A DNA stretch of 64,000 nt from an uncultured Acidobacteriota bacterium (GTDB lineage: Bacteria > Acidobacteriota > UBA6911 > RPQK01 > JAPXNP01): NCBI GenBank assembly GCA_964524795.1, contig CAZGEH010000001.1, forward strand, positions 495,298 to 559,297, read 5' to 3'. The notes beneath the pieces are model-generated. The model searched no databases and was not told the DNA's origin. It saw only the letters and a list, made by a program, of their open reading frames with translations. Position numbers and translations under genes: made by a program. Positions 19,751 through 28,543 of this stretch are shown here, piece by piece. Positions within the stretch are counted from its first letter, which is position 1; each line of letters opens with the position of its first letter.

Positions 19751-20644
19751 CTACCAAAGTCGCTCCGGGTACAACCCCTGCTTCCTCAGATTCTCAAGCT
19801 CCGCGCGAACCGCCGGTACGTCCTCGCGATAGGTGACACCGAACCACCGGTCACGGGACGGAAGCACCCGGACGACGGCTGTTCGGGCGGCGATCAGCTC
19901 ATTGACCACCGTCGGGAGGAAAAACTCCTGTTTCAGGTCATCCCCGTATCTCTCCAGAAAGTGCCGGAAAGAAGCAGCCAGCGGCTGCAAGAATTCCGGC
20001 GTGAACCCCCACAGGTTCATGGATACCAGCTCGTCACCGGACAACGGATGGGGGTGTCCTTCCTCATCGAAATACCGGGCGCTCCCCTCACCGGCAGGCT
20101 CGATGCGGGTCCGCTCCACAATGCTGAGCAGGTGCATCGACGGGTCGACGCTGCAGACCCCACGCGCCACGCTGCCGTGCGCCGACAGGGTGTTGCGAAG
20201 GCGGTACCCCACCAGGGCGTACTCGCCGGAGCCTGCCTCCAGATGGCGTGCCATCAGGGCCAGCGAGTCCCGGCCGTAGAAGTCGTCAGCATTGATGACC
20301 GCAAACGGCTCATCCAGCAGTTGGCGCGCCGTCAGCACGGCATGACCAGTTCCCCAGGGCTTGACCCGTCCGGCTGGCGGGAGCCGGCTGCCCAGTCCCA
20401 CCTCCAGCGTCTGGTCCACCAGCACGCAGGGGATCCTGCGCTGGAAACGGCAAACAAATCGGGCCTCGAAGACGTCGTGAATCTCGGGCCGTACCACAAA
20501 AACAACTCTGCCGAAGCCCGCCTCGACAGCGTCGAACACCGAGTATTCCAGGAGGGTTTCTCCGGCCGGCCCGACTCCCTCCATCTGCTTGAGACCGCCG
20601 TAACGGCTGCCGATTCCGGCCGCCATGACCAGCAATATAGGCAC
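19751..20644 (-). CDS. sugar-1-phosphate nucleotidyltransferase (MurU / GlmU-N-like NTP transferase)
   Basis: N-terminal nucleotidyltransferase signature MPILLVMAAGIGSRYGGLKQ, then a GT-A-like fold. 6 bp upstream of the kinase, so an operon. Confidence 0.8.
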   Translation of the reverse strand: MPILLVMAAGIGSRYGGLKQMEGVGPAGETLLEYSVFDAVEAGFGRVVFVVRPEIHDVFEARFVCRFQRRIPCVLVDQTLEVGLGSRLPPAGRVKPWGTGHAVLTARQLLDEPFAVINADDFYGRDSLALMARHLEAGSGEYALVGYRLRNTLSAHGSVARGVCSVDPSMHLLSIVERTRIEPAGEGSARYFDEEGHPHPLSGDELVSMNLWGFTPEFLQPLAASFRHFLERYGDDLKQEFFLPTVVNELIAARTAVVRVLPSRDRWFGVTYREDVPAVRAELENLRKQGLYPERLW

Positions 20645-20794
20645 CGCTCTCTCCTCAGGGCGGCAATATAGCAGTTCTGCGAGACTGGAACCTGCTCACC
20701 GCCGTCTCCTCCGCCTGCGGCAGCGGTCTCGGAGCAGGGCCAGGCGAACCGGTCCGGGGGACGCGCGGGACCTTTTCCTGTACGATGCACCGTC

Positions 20795-22567
20795 ATGCAG
20801 GTGCACGCACTGGACTGGGTCATCGTGGCCGTTTCGGTGGCCGTCTGCTTCATCCCGGCACTGCTGTTTACACGGAGGGCGGGCAGCAGCACGGACGAAT
20901 TCTTTGCTTCGGGCCGGGCCGCGCCCTGGTGGCTGATCGGGGTATCGATGGTCGCCACCACCTTCAGCACCGACACCCCCAACCTGGTCACGGATATCGT
21001 GCGTCAGAACGGGGTGGCCGGCAACTGGGTGTGGTGGGCCTTCCTGCTGACCGGCATGATGACGGTTTTCCTTTACGCCCGGCTGTGGCGCCGTTCCGAG
21101 GTGCTGACGGACCTGGAGTTCTACGAGATTCGCTACCGGGGCAAGGCCGCCTCGGTGGTGCGGGGCTTCCGGGCGATCTACCTCGGTCTGTTTTTCAACT
21201 GCGTGATCATGGCGACGGTCAACCTGGCCGCGGTCAAGATCGCCAACGTCATCCTCGGCTGGCCGCAGGGGCAGACCCTGATCCTCTGCGGCATTCTCAA
21301 TGTCCTGTTTGCCGCCACTTCTGGGCTGTGGGGTGTGCTGGTGATCGATCTGGTCCAGTTCGGCATCGCCATGACCGGTTCGTTCGCAGCGGCCTACTTC
21401 GCCCTGCAGCAACCGCAGGTGGGCGGCCTCGCCGGTCTGGTGGAACGGCTGCCCGCCGAGACCCTGTCATTTCTGCCCAGCTTCGGCAACTGGGAGGTGC
21501 TGTTGCCGGTCCTGATCATCCCCATCGCCGTTCAGTGGTGGTCCGTGTGGTATCCCGGGGCCGAACCGGGGGGCGGCAGCTACATCGCCCAACGCATGCT
21601 GGCGTCACGATCCGAGCGCGACGCGCTGGGGGGAACCCTCCTGTTCAACGCCGCCCACTATGCGTTACGGCCGTGGCCCTGGATCATCGTCGCCCTCAGC
21701 TCGTTGCTGGTTTACCCGGAACTGGCCGACATCCAGCGAGCGTTCCCCAATGTCGACCCCAAGCTCATCAACCACGACATGGCGTACCCGGCCATGCTCC
21801 GGTTCCTGCCGGTGGGCTTCCTCGGCATCATGATTGCCGGTCTGCTGGCCGCTTATGTCTCCACGATGATCACCCACCTGAACTGGGGAACTTCATACCT
21901 CGTCCACGACTTTTACCGCCGGTTCATCCGCAGGGAGGCGTCCGAACGCCATTACATCGTGGTAAGCCGTTTCGTCACCGCCGGGTTGATGGTCCTGGCC
22001 GGATTGCTGACCCTGGTTCTGGAATCGGCCAAAGACTCCTTCGATATCCTGCTTTCGGTGGGCGCCGGAACCGGCCTCATCTATCTGTTGCGCTGGTTCT
22101 GGTGGCGGGTCAGCGCGTGGAGTGAAATCTCCGCCATGATCTCGTCGTTCGGGATGGCGGTGGCACTGTTCCTCCTGCGCAAGAGCGGCATGGACATTCC
22201 GGCCCAATACTCGCTGCTGGTGATGATCGCGGTCACCTCAGCCGTGTGGTTGGCAACCACGTACCTGGCCCCAGCCACCGATCGCCGGACGCTGCTGGAG
22301 TTCTACCGCCTGGTCCGGCCCGCCGGCCCCGGCTGGAACTCGATCCGAAGGGAGACGGGTCTGGAGTCCTCGCGAGACAGCCTGCCGATGTCGATGCTGG
22401 GTTGGACGCTGGGAACGGCTGCGGTTTGGGCGGCGCTTTTCAGCACGGGAAGTTTCCTGTTGGGTCGCCCGGGTCCCGGCGTCGTCCTGGCCCTGGTCTG
22501 TGTGGTCAGCACAGTCTGGCTGGCACGTATCATTCCGGGACTCTGGGGCGGTTCAGAAGCCCGCTGA
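20795..22567 (+). CDS. sodium:solute symporter (SSS) family transporter
   Basis: 590 aa with about 13 predicted TM helices and an SSS-like N-terminus (LDWVIVAVSVAV...ASGRAAPWWLIGVSMVATTFSTDT). Divergent from the kinase operon. Confidence 0.85.
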   Translation: MQVHALDWVIVAVSVAVCFIPALLFTRRAGSSTDEFFASGRAAPWWLIGVSMVATTFSTDTPNLVTDIVRQNGVAGNWVWWAFLLTGMMTVFLYARLWRRSEVLTDLEFYEIRYRGKAASVVRGFRAIYLGLFFNCVIMATVNLAAVKIANVILGWPQGQTLILCGILNVLFAATSGLWGVLVIDLVQFGIAMTGSFAAAYFALQQPQVGGLAGLVERLPAETLSFLPSFGNWEVLLPVLIIPIAVQWWSVWYPGAEPGGGSYIAQRMLASRSERDALGGTLLFNAAHYALRPWPWIIVALSSLLVYPELADIQRAFPNVDPKLINHDMAYPAMLRFLPVGFLGIMIAGLLAAYVSTMITHLNWGTSYLVHDFYRRFIRREASERHYIVVSRFVTAGLMVLAGLLTLVLESAKDSFDILLSVGAGTGLIYLLRWFWWRVSAWSEISAMISSFGMAVALFLLRKSGMDIPAQYSLLVMIAVTSAVWLATTYLAPATDRRTLLEFYRLVRPAGPGWNSIRRETGLESSRDSLPMSMLGWTLGTAAVWAALFSTGSFLLGRPGPGVVLALVCVVSTVWLARIIPGLWGGSEAR

Positions 22568-22633
22568 TGGCCACGCCGCAGGCTGTGAACCCTGATGTAG
22601 TCGGCGGCCCGTCTGGAGCGGCCTTGAAGCGCT

Positions 22634-23563
22634 TTAGTGGAAACCGAAAAGTTCCTTGTCCTGGCTGAGCCGGATGAGAAAGTCTTCGGCCAGGGCGCCC
22701 ACCCCGTCCGGTTCCAGACCGACGGCCTTCCAGATCGCCTCCGCGTCCACCGTCTCCGCCACCCGCCGGACAGGGCCGATGCCCAGGCTGTGACAAAGCC
22801 AGTTCGATGCCTGCACCAGGACGGACAGCTCATGGAAAAGGACTGACCGTTCCGGCTCGTGGTGGCAGGTCACGACCTCCGCGATCGCATCCGGCAGATT
22901 CCAGGCCTCGGCCACCAGTTCGCCGGCCTCGGTGTGAGTCCAACCCAGATAGGCGCGTTCCGCCTCCAGAGTTGAAAGATCCGGGTTGGCCTCGGCACAG
23001 GCGACTGCTTCCAAAAAAGCCTGCGGAAACTGCAGATCGAACAGGATCTTGCCCACATCGTGAAGCAGGCCGGCCACAAAAGCGTCGTCGGGGTCCGCCA
23101 GCCGCGTCCGCGCCGCGATCTCGCGGGCGGCCAGAGCCGCTCCCAAGGCATGTTCCCAAAGCTGGCGCCCTTGGGGAGTCTTGCGAATCACACCGCCCAG
23201 CGAAGCAGCGATGACGACCCCCCGGATTTTCCGATTCCCCAGCAGCACGGCTGCATCACGAACGGTCCGGATCTCCCGGGTCCGCCGGAAGAAGGCGGAG
23301 TTGGCAATCCGTAGCACCCTGGCGGTCAAAGCCTGGTCGCGGGCGATCAAATCGCTGAGTTCGCCGACGCCCAGGTACAGGTCCGACGTCATCTCCAGAA
23401 TGCGCCAGGCCACTTCCGGAAGGGGAGGGAGTACATCAATATCGAGCACCGGCCGGGTGGGAACGGAGCCCGCCGGATGCAGCAAGTCGGGAGATCGCCC
23501 CATCGCGCTGTTCATGGCGCTCCCATTAGAAGACGGGCGGGCGTCGGCGGTCCGTGACGGCAC
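22634..23563 (-). CDS. HDOD domain signalling protein
   Basis: HDOD signature (LRIANSAFFRR...TVRDAAVLLG...LLHDVGKILF...CHHEPE). Abuts the upstream UroD-like gene with a 0-bp gap. The N-terminal start is uncertain. Confidence 0.75.
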   Translation of the reverse strand: MPSRTADARPSSNGSAMNSAMGRSPDLLHPAGSVPTRPVLDIDVLPPLPEVAWRILEMTSDLYLGVGELSDLIARDQALTARVLRIANSAFFRRTREIRTVRDAAVLLGNRKIRGVVIAASLGGVIRKTPQGRQLWEHALGAALAAREIAARTRLADPDDAFVAGLLHDVGKILFDLQFPQAFLEAVACAEANPDLSTLEAERAYLGWTHTEAGELVAEAWNLPDAIAEVVTCHHEPERSVLFHELSVLVQASNWLCHSLGIGPVRRVAETVDAEAIWKAVGLEPDGVGALAEDFLIRLSQDKELFGFH

Positions 23564-24574
23564 TCACCGATCTGCGGCCGCGAATTCGCGCATCGCGTTG
23601 AGGTTGGCTGCGGGAGTTCCCCGCGGGATCTCGCAGCCCGCGCCGACGATATAGCGCGGACCAGCCGCGGCAAGACAGGCCGCAAGGGCCGTCCGGATCC
23701 GCTCCGGGTTCCCGTTCAGCACCAGTTCCACCGGGTTGAGATTGCCCAGCAGAATCTGCCGGGGACCCATGGCCGCTCTGGCCTCGTGCATCGGCGAGGG
23801 GTAATCCAGATCCACGATCTCACAACCCAGAGCTCCCATGTCCGCCAGCAGCGGGCGGGTGTTGCCACAGATGTGAAGCCTCACCGGCACGCCCAACGCC
23901 TGCACGCCACGCACCAGCCGCTGCTGGAAAGGCCAGACGAAACGCCGGTAGAGAGTCGGCCCCACCAGCGACGAGGCGGCATCGCCGATCCCGATGAAGT
24001 CGGCGCCCGCTTCCACCTGGGCGGATGCAAACCGCAGCTCCATCTCCACCACGAACTCGAAAAGGGCTTCGACAAAGCCGGGATCGTCGTAGAGATCCAG
24101 CATCAGATTGTTGATCCCTCGCAGGTCGGCGCCCTCCGCACAAGGGCCTTCGATCCATCCTTCCACCAGACGGCGGTCACCCGCCTCCCGACGCAGCAAG
24201 GAGATGCCCCGCAGCCGGTCCGACATCCGGGGCGACTGGTGCGGATCCGGGATCTGCAAAGAATCCAGCCGTGACTTCACCAGGAGGAGGGCCCTCGATT
24301 CATCGATGGCGGGCGGCTGGTCATCAAAGAAGTCCACCGCCGCACCGCAGTCGGCGGCCTCTCGCGCCGGATCCGAAATCACCGACACATAGTCAATGTC
24401 GAAACGCTCTGCGGTCACCTGCTGTGCCTCGGCCAACACACGGTAGTCGGTCACATATTCCCGATAACTGGCGCCGATCTGATCGGCGGCGAACATCATG
24501 GTGATGGGCATGAAGGGCCGCCGATCTACCGGACGGTTCTGCAGAAAGTCGAGAATCCGCTCCCTTCCCGTCAT
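23564..24574 (-). CDS. uroporphyrinogen decarboxylase (URO-D/MtaA-like) family protein
   Basis: 336 aa TIM-barrel protein with URO-D family features (MTGRERILDFLQNRPVDRRP..., ICGNTRPLL, GAGCEIP). Confidence 0.75.
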   Translation of the reverse strand: MTGRERILDFLQNRPVDRRPFMPITMMFAADQIGASYREYVTDYRVLAEAQQVTAERFDIDYVSVISDPAREAADCGAAVDFFDDQPPAIDESRALLLVKSRLDSLQIPDPHQSPRMSDRLRGISLLRREAGDRRLVEGWIEGPCAEGADLRGINNLMLDLYDDPGFVEALFEFVVEMELRFASAQVEAGADFIGIGDAASSLVGPTLYRRFVWPFQQRLVRGVQALGVPVRLHICGNTRPLLADMGALGCEIVDLDYPSPMHEARAAMGPRQILLGNLNPVELVLNGNPERIRTALAACLAAAGPRYIVGAGCEIPRGTPAANLNAMREFAAADR

Positions 24575-24714
24575 TCAGGCAATCCTCCTTCCGGGCCAAG
24601 GATGCCCCCACCCCGGGGTGGAAACAAGGCGCTGCGGGCAATCCTGCCAAGCCCGGCAGGTTCCTGCCGCAGTCTGCCGCCAGGCGGGAGGAAAAACGGA
24701 CCTATAATGAAGCC

Positions 24715-25788
24715 ATGGGCCTTGGCTATCCCGCCCGCTATTGGCACGGGCTGGAGGACGGGCGAATCCAGTGTGACCTGTGCCCCCGGTTTTGCCGCCT
24801 CCACGAAGGGCAGCGGGGACTGTGTTTCGTCCGCATGCGGGAAGGGGACAGTCTGGTCCTGACCACTTATGGCAGGTCCAGCGGTTTCTGCATCGACCCC
24901 ATTGAGAAGAAACCCCTCAACCACTTCCTTCCCGGCACTCCGGTTCTCTCGTTCGGGACCGCCGGCTGCAACCTGACCTGTCGCTTCTGCCAAAACTGGG
25001 ACATCAGCAAGTCCCGGGAGATCGACACTCTGGCGGACGCCGCGTCTCCGGAAGCAATCGCCGAGGCGGCGGTGCGCACGGGATGCCGGAGCGTTGCGTA
25101 CACGTACAACGACCCGGTGATCTTTCTGGAATATGCCGTGGACGTGGCCCGCGCGTGTCGGGAACGGGGGATCTTCAATGTGGCGGTCACAGCGGGCTAC
25201 ATCTCGCCGGAACCGCGTCGCGAATTGTTCCGGTGGATGGACGCTGCCAATGTGGACCTCAAAGCCTTCAGCGAGGACTTTTACCGGAATCTCTGCACCG
25301 GCTCGCTGCAGCCAGTTCTGGACACCTTGGTCTACCTTCGTCGCGAGACGCGCGTGTGGTTCGAGATCACCACTCTGCTGATTCCGGGTGAGAATGACTC
25401 CGAAGGCGAAATCGATGCGCTGACGCGGTGGGTTGTCCGCGAACTGGGGCCGGACGTACCGTTGCATTTCACGGCGTTCCACCCGGACTGGAAGATGCTG
25501 GACCATCCCCCGACTCCACCCCAGACCCTGGCTCGTGCGAGGCGGATCGGACTGGCCAACGGTCTGCGTTATGTCTACACCGGAAACATCCACGACGTGG
25601 AAGGACAGAGTACCTGGTGCCACCACTGCGGAAAGCTGCTGATCGAACGCGACTGGTACCGTCTCGGTGCCTGGAACCTGTCGCCGGAAGGCGCCTGCGC
25701 TTTCTGCGGAACCCCCTGTGCAGGACGTTTCGAGGCGGTCCCAGGCACTTGGGGTGCCCGCCGGCAGAGAGTCAGGTTGACCGCTTGA
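24715..25788 (+). CDS. AmmeMemoRadiSam-system radical SAM enzyme (PFL-activase-like)
   Basis: CxxxCxxC cluster (CNLTCRFCQNW) preceded by an N-terminal Cys-rich stretch (CDLCPRFCRL...GLCFVR). Overall length and motif order are as in TIGR04337-type enzymes. 357 aa. Confidence 0.85.
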   Translation: MGLGYPARYWHGLEDGRIQCDLCPRFCRLHEGQRGLCFVRMREGDSLVLTTYGRSSGFCIDPIEKKPLNHFLPGTPVLSFGTAGCNLTCRFCQNWDISKSREIDTLADAASPEAIAEAAVRTGCRSVAYTYNDPVIFLEYAVDVARACRERGIFNVAVTAGYISPEPRRELFRWMDAANVDLKAFSEDFYRNLCTGSLQPVLDTLVYLRRETRVWFEITTLLIPGENDSEGEIDALTRWVVRELGPDVPLHFTAFHPDWKMLDHPPTPPQTLARARRIGLANGLRYVYTGNIHDVEGQSTWCHHCGKLLIERDWYRLGAWNLSPEGACAFCGTPCAGRFEAVPGTWGARRQRVRLTA

Positions 25789-25856
25789 GCCCTTTACCTG
25801 AAAGTCGCGAAGCCGTAACCTTTTCGGCATTTCCTGTGAGGATGTGATTCCGGCGG

Positions 25857-26405
25857 ATGGAAGACAGCGAACGATTGCAGCTCGCCAGCCTCGTCCTGGC
25901 GCCGTATATCCAGAAGGCTACGGCTCTCATCGGCAAGGCCCGGGCGGTGGGCGGGAACCAGTTCCGCCATGCGATGGCCACCCTGGCCATTCTGATCGAC
26001 TACCACTACACCGACCCCGTGCTGCTCAAGGCGTCGGTGGTGCACGATCTCCTGGAGGATTGCGGGGAGCAGGAAGCGGCCGGCCTTGCCGCCCTTGACC
26101 ATGACGGCAATCAGGTGATCGCCCTGGTGCGCGAGGTGACCCGTTCCGCCGAGGACAAGGAGCACTACCTCAGGCGATTGCGGGACGGCGGCAGCCACAA
26201 CGCCAAGGTGCTCAAGGTGGCGGACCGTATCAGCAATCTGACGGACCTCAGCTCCGACGTCTTCCCTCCGGAGAAGATCCTCAAGTACCTCAACGAAACC
26301 CGCGATTTCGTCCTGCCCATGGCGGCGGAGGTCAACGCCGAGATGGAAAAGGAGGTGCGCGACCTCATCGCCAAAAAGTCCGAAGCTTTGTCCCGCGGGC
26401 ATTAG
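25857..26405 (+). CDS. HD-domain hydrolase, small alarmone hydrolase-like (RelA/SpoT hydrolase-domain-only)
   Basis: HD motifs in SpoT-like order: FRHAMATLAIL (His), VVHDLLEDC (HD), KVADRISNL (compare SpoT KLADRTHNM). 182 aa. Confidence 0.65.
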   Translation: MEDSERLQLASLVLAPYIQKATALIGKARAVGGNQFRHAMATLAILIDYHYTDPVLLKASVVHDLLEDCGEQEAAGLAALDHDGNQVIALVREVTRSAEDKEHYLRRLRDGGSHNAKVLKVADRISNLTDLSSDVFPPEKILKYLNETRDFVLPMAAEVNAEMEKEVRDLIAKKSEALSRGH

Positions 26406-26537
26406 GGGGAGTCGGGAGACGGGACACGGGAGACGGGAGGGAGGCACGCGTCCGATGGGCGCCTTTGCGACCGATTCCAGCTCAATGTCCCGTGCGGCTC
26501 CCTCCCGTGTCCTGTTTCCCGACTCCCGACTCCCCCC
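26405..26537. terminator. long imperfect inverted repeat (about 28-bp arms) between convergent HD and IMPase genes, likely bidirectional terminator hairpin
   Basis: Left arm GGGGGAGTCGGGAGACGGGACACGGGAG (26405-26432). Right arm CTCCCGTGTCCTGTTTCCCGACTCCCGACTCCCCC (about 26503-26537) is its reverse complement with one extra CCCGACT unit. The arms carry short GGGAGACGG-type tandem units. Confidence 0.4.
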
Positions 26538-27312
26538 TCAGGATCGCCGCCAAAGGCTCATGAATCCTGCCGTTGGTGGCCAGGCATTCGCGGTCGTGGA
26601 TGGTTCCCGGAGTTCCGTCGAATCGGGTTACCTTCCCGCCGGCTTCCCGCAAGATCAGCATCCCGGCCGCCACATCCCACGGATTGAGGCTCAGCTCCCA
26701 AAAACCGTCGAACCGGCCGCAGGCCACGTAGCAGAGATCCAGGGCCGCCGACCCGTCACGGCGCACCGAGCGGGCCGCCATCATCACTGCCGAAAACAGC
26801 TTCAGGTTCCCCGCAATCTCGTCCTCCTGGTAGGAGAAACCAGTACACAGCAAGCTGTCTTCCAGCCGTTCTTCCATCGAGACGTGGATCGGTCTTCCGT
26901 TGAGGAAGGCGCCGTAGCCTCGCCTTGCGGTGAAGAGTTCCCGCCGGAGTGGATCGAACACCACCCCGACAACCAGCTCGTCCTGTCTTTCGACACCGAT
27001 CGAGACACAGAAACAGGGGTAACCGTGGGCATAGTTGGTGGTGCCGTCGAGGGGATCGATCACCCAGCGGAACTCTGCTTCGCCGCCGCCATTACCGCCT
27101 TCCTCCGCCAGGACCCGATGAGTGGGAAACCGTCCGTGGATCCGCTCCACAATCAACCGCTCGGAGGCGAGGTCCGCCTCCGTCACCAGGTTCACCCGCC
27201 CTTTCTTGGCGATGGAGAAGCCTCTGCGCCGGTGTTCCAGCAGCACTCTCCCCGCGGCCCTCGCCGCCTCCACAGCAGTCTCCAGGAGGTTGGTCTCGAT
27301 CGTGGTTTCCAT
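26482..27312 (-). CDS. inositol monophosphatase family protein (SuhB/ImpA-like)
   Basis: IMPase motifs WVIDPLDGTTNY and WDVAAG; metal-binding DPLDG. 276 aa. Confidence 0.9.
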   Translation of the reverse strand: METTIETNLLETAVEAARAAGRVLLEHRRRGFSIAKKGRVNLVTEADLASERLIVERIHGRFPTHRVLAEEGGNGGGEAEFRWVIDPLDGTTNYAHGYPCFCVSIGVERQDELVVGVVFDPLRRELFTARRGYGAFLNGRPIHVSMEERLEDSLLCTGFSYQEDEIAGNLKLFSAVMMAARSVRRDGSAALDLCYVACGRFDGFWELSLNPWDVAAGMLILREAGGKVTRFDGTPGTIHDRECLATNGRIHEPLAAILRGESGVGKQDTGGSRTGH

Positions 27313-27364
27313 CCAGCGCTATCCCTTCGTCTCCCGGCCTGTCCCCGGGTCCGGCGCCGAAAAT

Positions 27365-28543
27365 TCAGCTTCGGCTCAGAAGTGCCACCGCCTCGGCAGC
27401 AATGCCTTCCCCGCGGCCGATGGCTCCCCGGCCCTCCATTGTGGTGGCCTTGATGCCCACCTGGCGGGCTGAGATTTGCAGGGTACGGGCGATATTGGCT
27501 TTCATCGCCCCCACATGGGGCCGGAGGCGAGGCCGCTCCGCCAACACCGTCAGGTCCACGTTGACAACATGGAATCCCCTGCCCCGGATCAGCCGGAACA
27601 CCTTTTCCAGAAGAAGCAGGCTGGAGGCTCCCCGATATCGTTCGTCGCTGTCCGGAAACAGGCTGCCGATATCGCTCATGCCGGCGGCTCCCAGCAGGGC
27701 ATCCATCAGGGCATGCAGCGGAGCGTCCGCGTCGGAATGGCCCAGCAACCCACATTCATGTGGAATCTCGACTCCCCCCAGGAAAAGGGGGCGTCCCGGC
27801 GCAAAAGGATGGAAATCGAACCCGTGACCGATCCGCAGTTCGGGTGGACCGCCGCCAAGGGCAGATTCCAGCCGCCGCAGATCTTCCGGCCAGGTGATCT
27901 TGACGTTTCCCGCCTCACCCTCCACCGTGTGCACCTCTCCAAACCGTTCCGCCAGGGTGGCCTCGTCGGTCGCCGTGAGTCCTTCGCGGGCGGCCATGTC
28001 CAGGGCGCGGCGCAACAGCTCCGCAGCGAAGCCCTGCGGGGTTTGGGCCAGCGCCAGCCGCTCCCGGGACAGGGTCCGAGTCACCTTCCCCTGCCGCACT
28101 TCCTTCACCGTGTCGGGAATCGGAACCACGGGAACACAAGCTCCCCAGAGGCGGGTTGCTGCCAAAACCCTCTCTACCAGCCTTGCACTGACCAGCGGTC
28201 GTGCGGCGTCGTGGACCAGCACCCACTCCACACTTGGCAACTGGAACAGCCCCCGGCGGACAGACTCCTGCCGGGTCTCACCGCCGGCGATAACGCTCAG
28301 GCGGCCTTCCGGATCCAGCTCCTTCACTTCGCCGGCAGTGCGTTCGACGAAGTCGGGCGGGACAACAACCACTCCCCGGTCAATCCATGGAAGCAGGGTT
28401 TCCAGACCAACCTGATACAGCGGACGCCCCCGAAACGGCAGGAACTGTTTGGGGACAGCTCCCCCGGCTCGGGAGCCGCTCCCGGCAGCAGCCAAGATCA
28501 GCCCCACGCAGTCCTTGGTCGGTGATGAACCACCCGTCGCCAT
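27365..28543 (-). CDS. ispDF: bifunctional 2-C-methyl-D-erythritol 4-phosphate cytidylyltransferase / 2,4-cyclodiphosphate synthase
   Basis: N-terminal IspD (ILAAAGSGSRAGGAVPKQF) fused to C-terminal IspF (RIGHGFDFHPF...GHSDADAPLHAL). Confidence 0.95.
   Translation of the reverse strand: MATGGSSPTKDCVGLILAAAGSGSRAGGAVPKQFLPFRGRPLYQVGLETLLPWIDRGVVVVPPDFVERTAGEVKELDPEGRLSVIAGGETRQESVRRGLFQLPSVEWVLVHDAARPLVSARLVERVLAATRLWGACVPVVPIPDTVKEVRQGKVTRTLSRERLALAQTPQGFAAELLRRALDMAAREGLTATDEATLAERFGEVHTVEGEAGNVKITWPEDLRRLESALGGGPPELRIGHGFDFHPFAPGRPLFLGGVEIPHECGLLGHSDADAPLHALMDALLGAAGMSDIGSLFPDSDERYRGASSLLLLEKVFRLIRGRGFHVVNVDLTVLAERPRLRPHVGAMKANIARTLQISARQVGIKATTMEGRGAIGRGEGIAAEAVALLSRS

Noticed and set aside
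20785-22125. 446-aa ORF in an alternative frame of the SSS transporter
   Set aside because: Same strand, different frame. The translation is Arg/Pro/Gly-rich with no TM helices, whereas frame 20795-22567 gives a canonical symporter.
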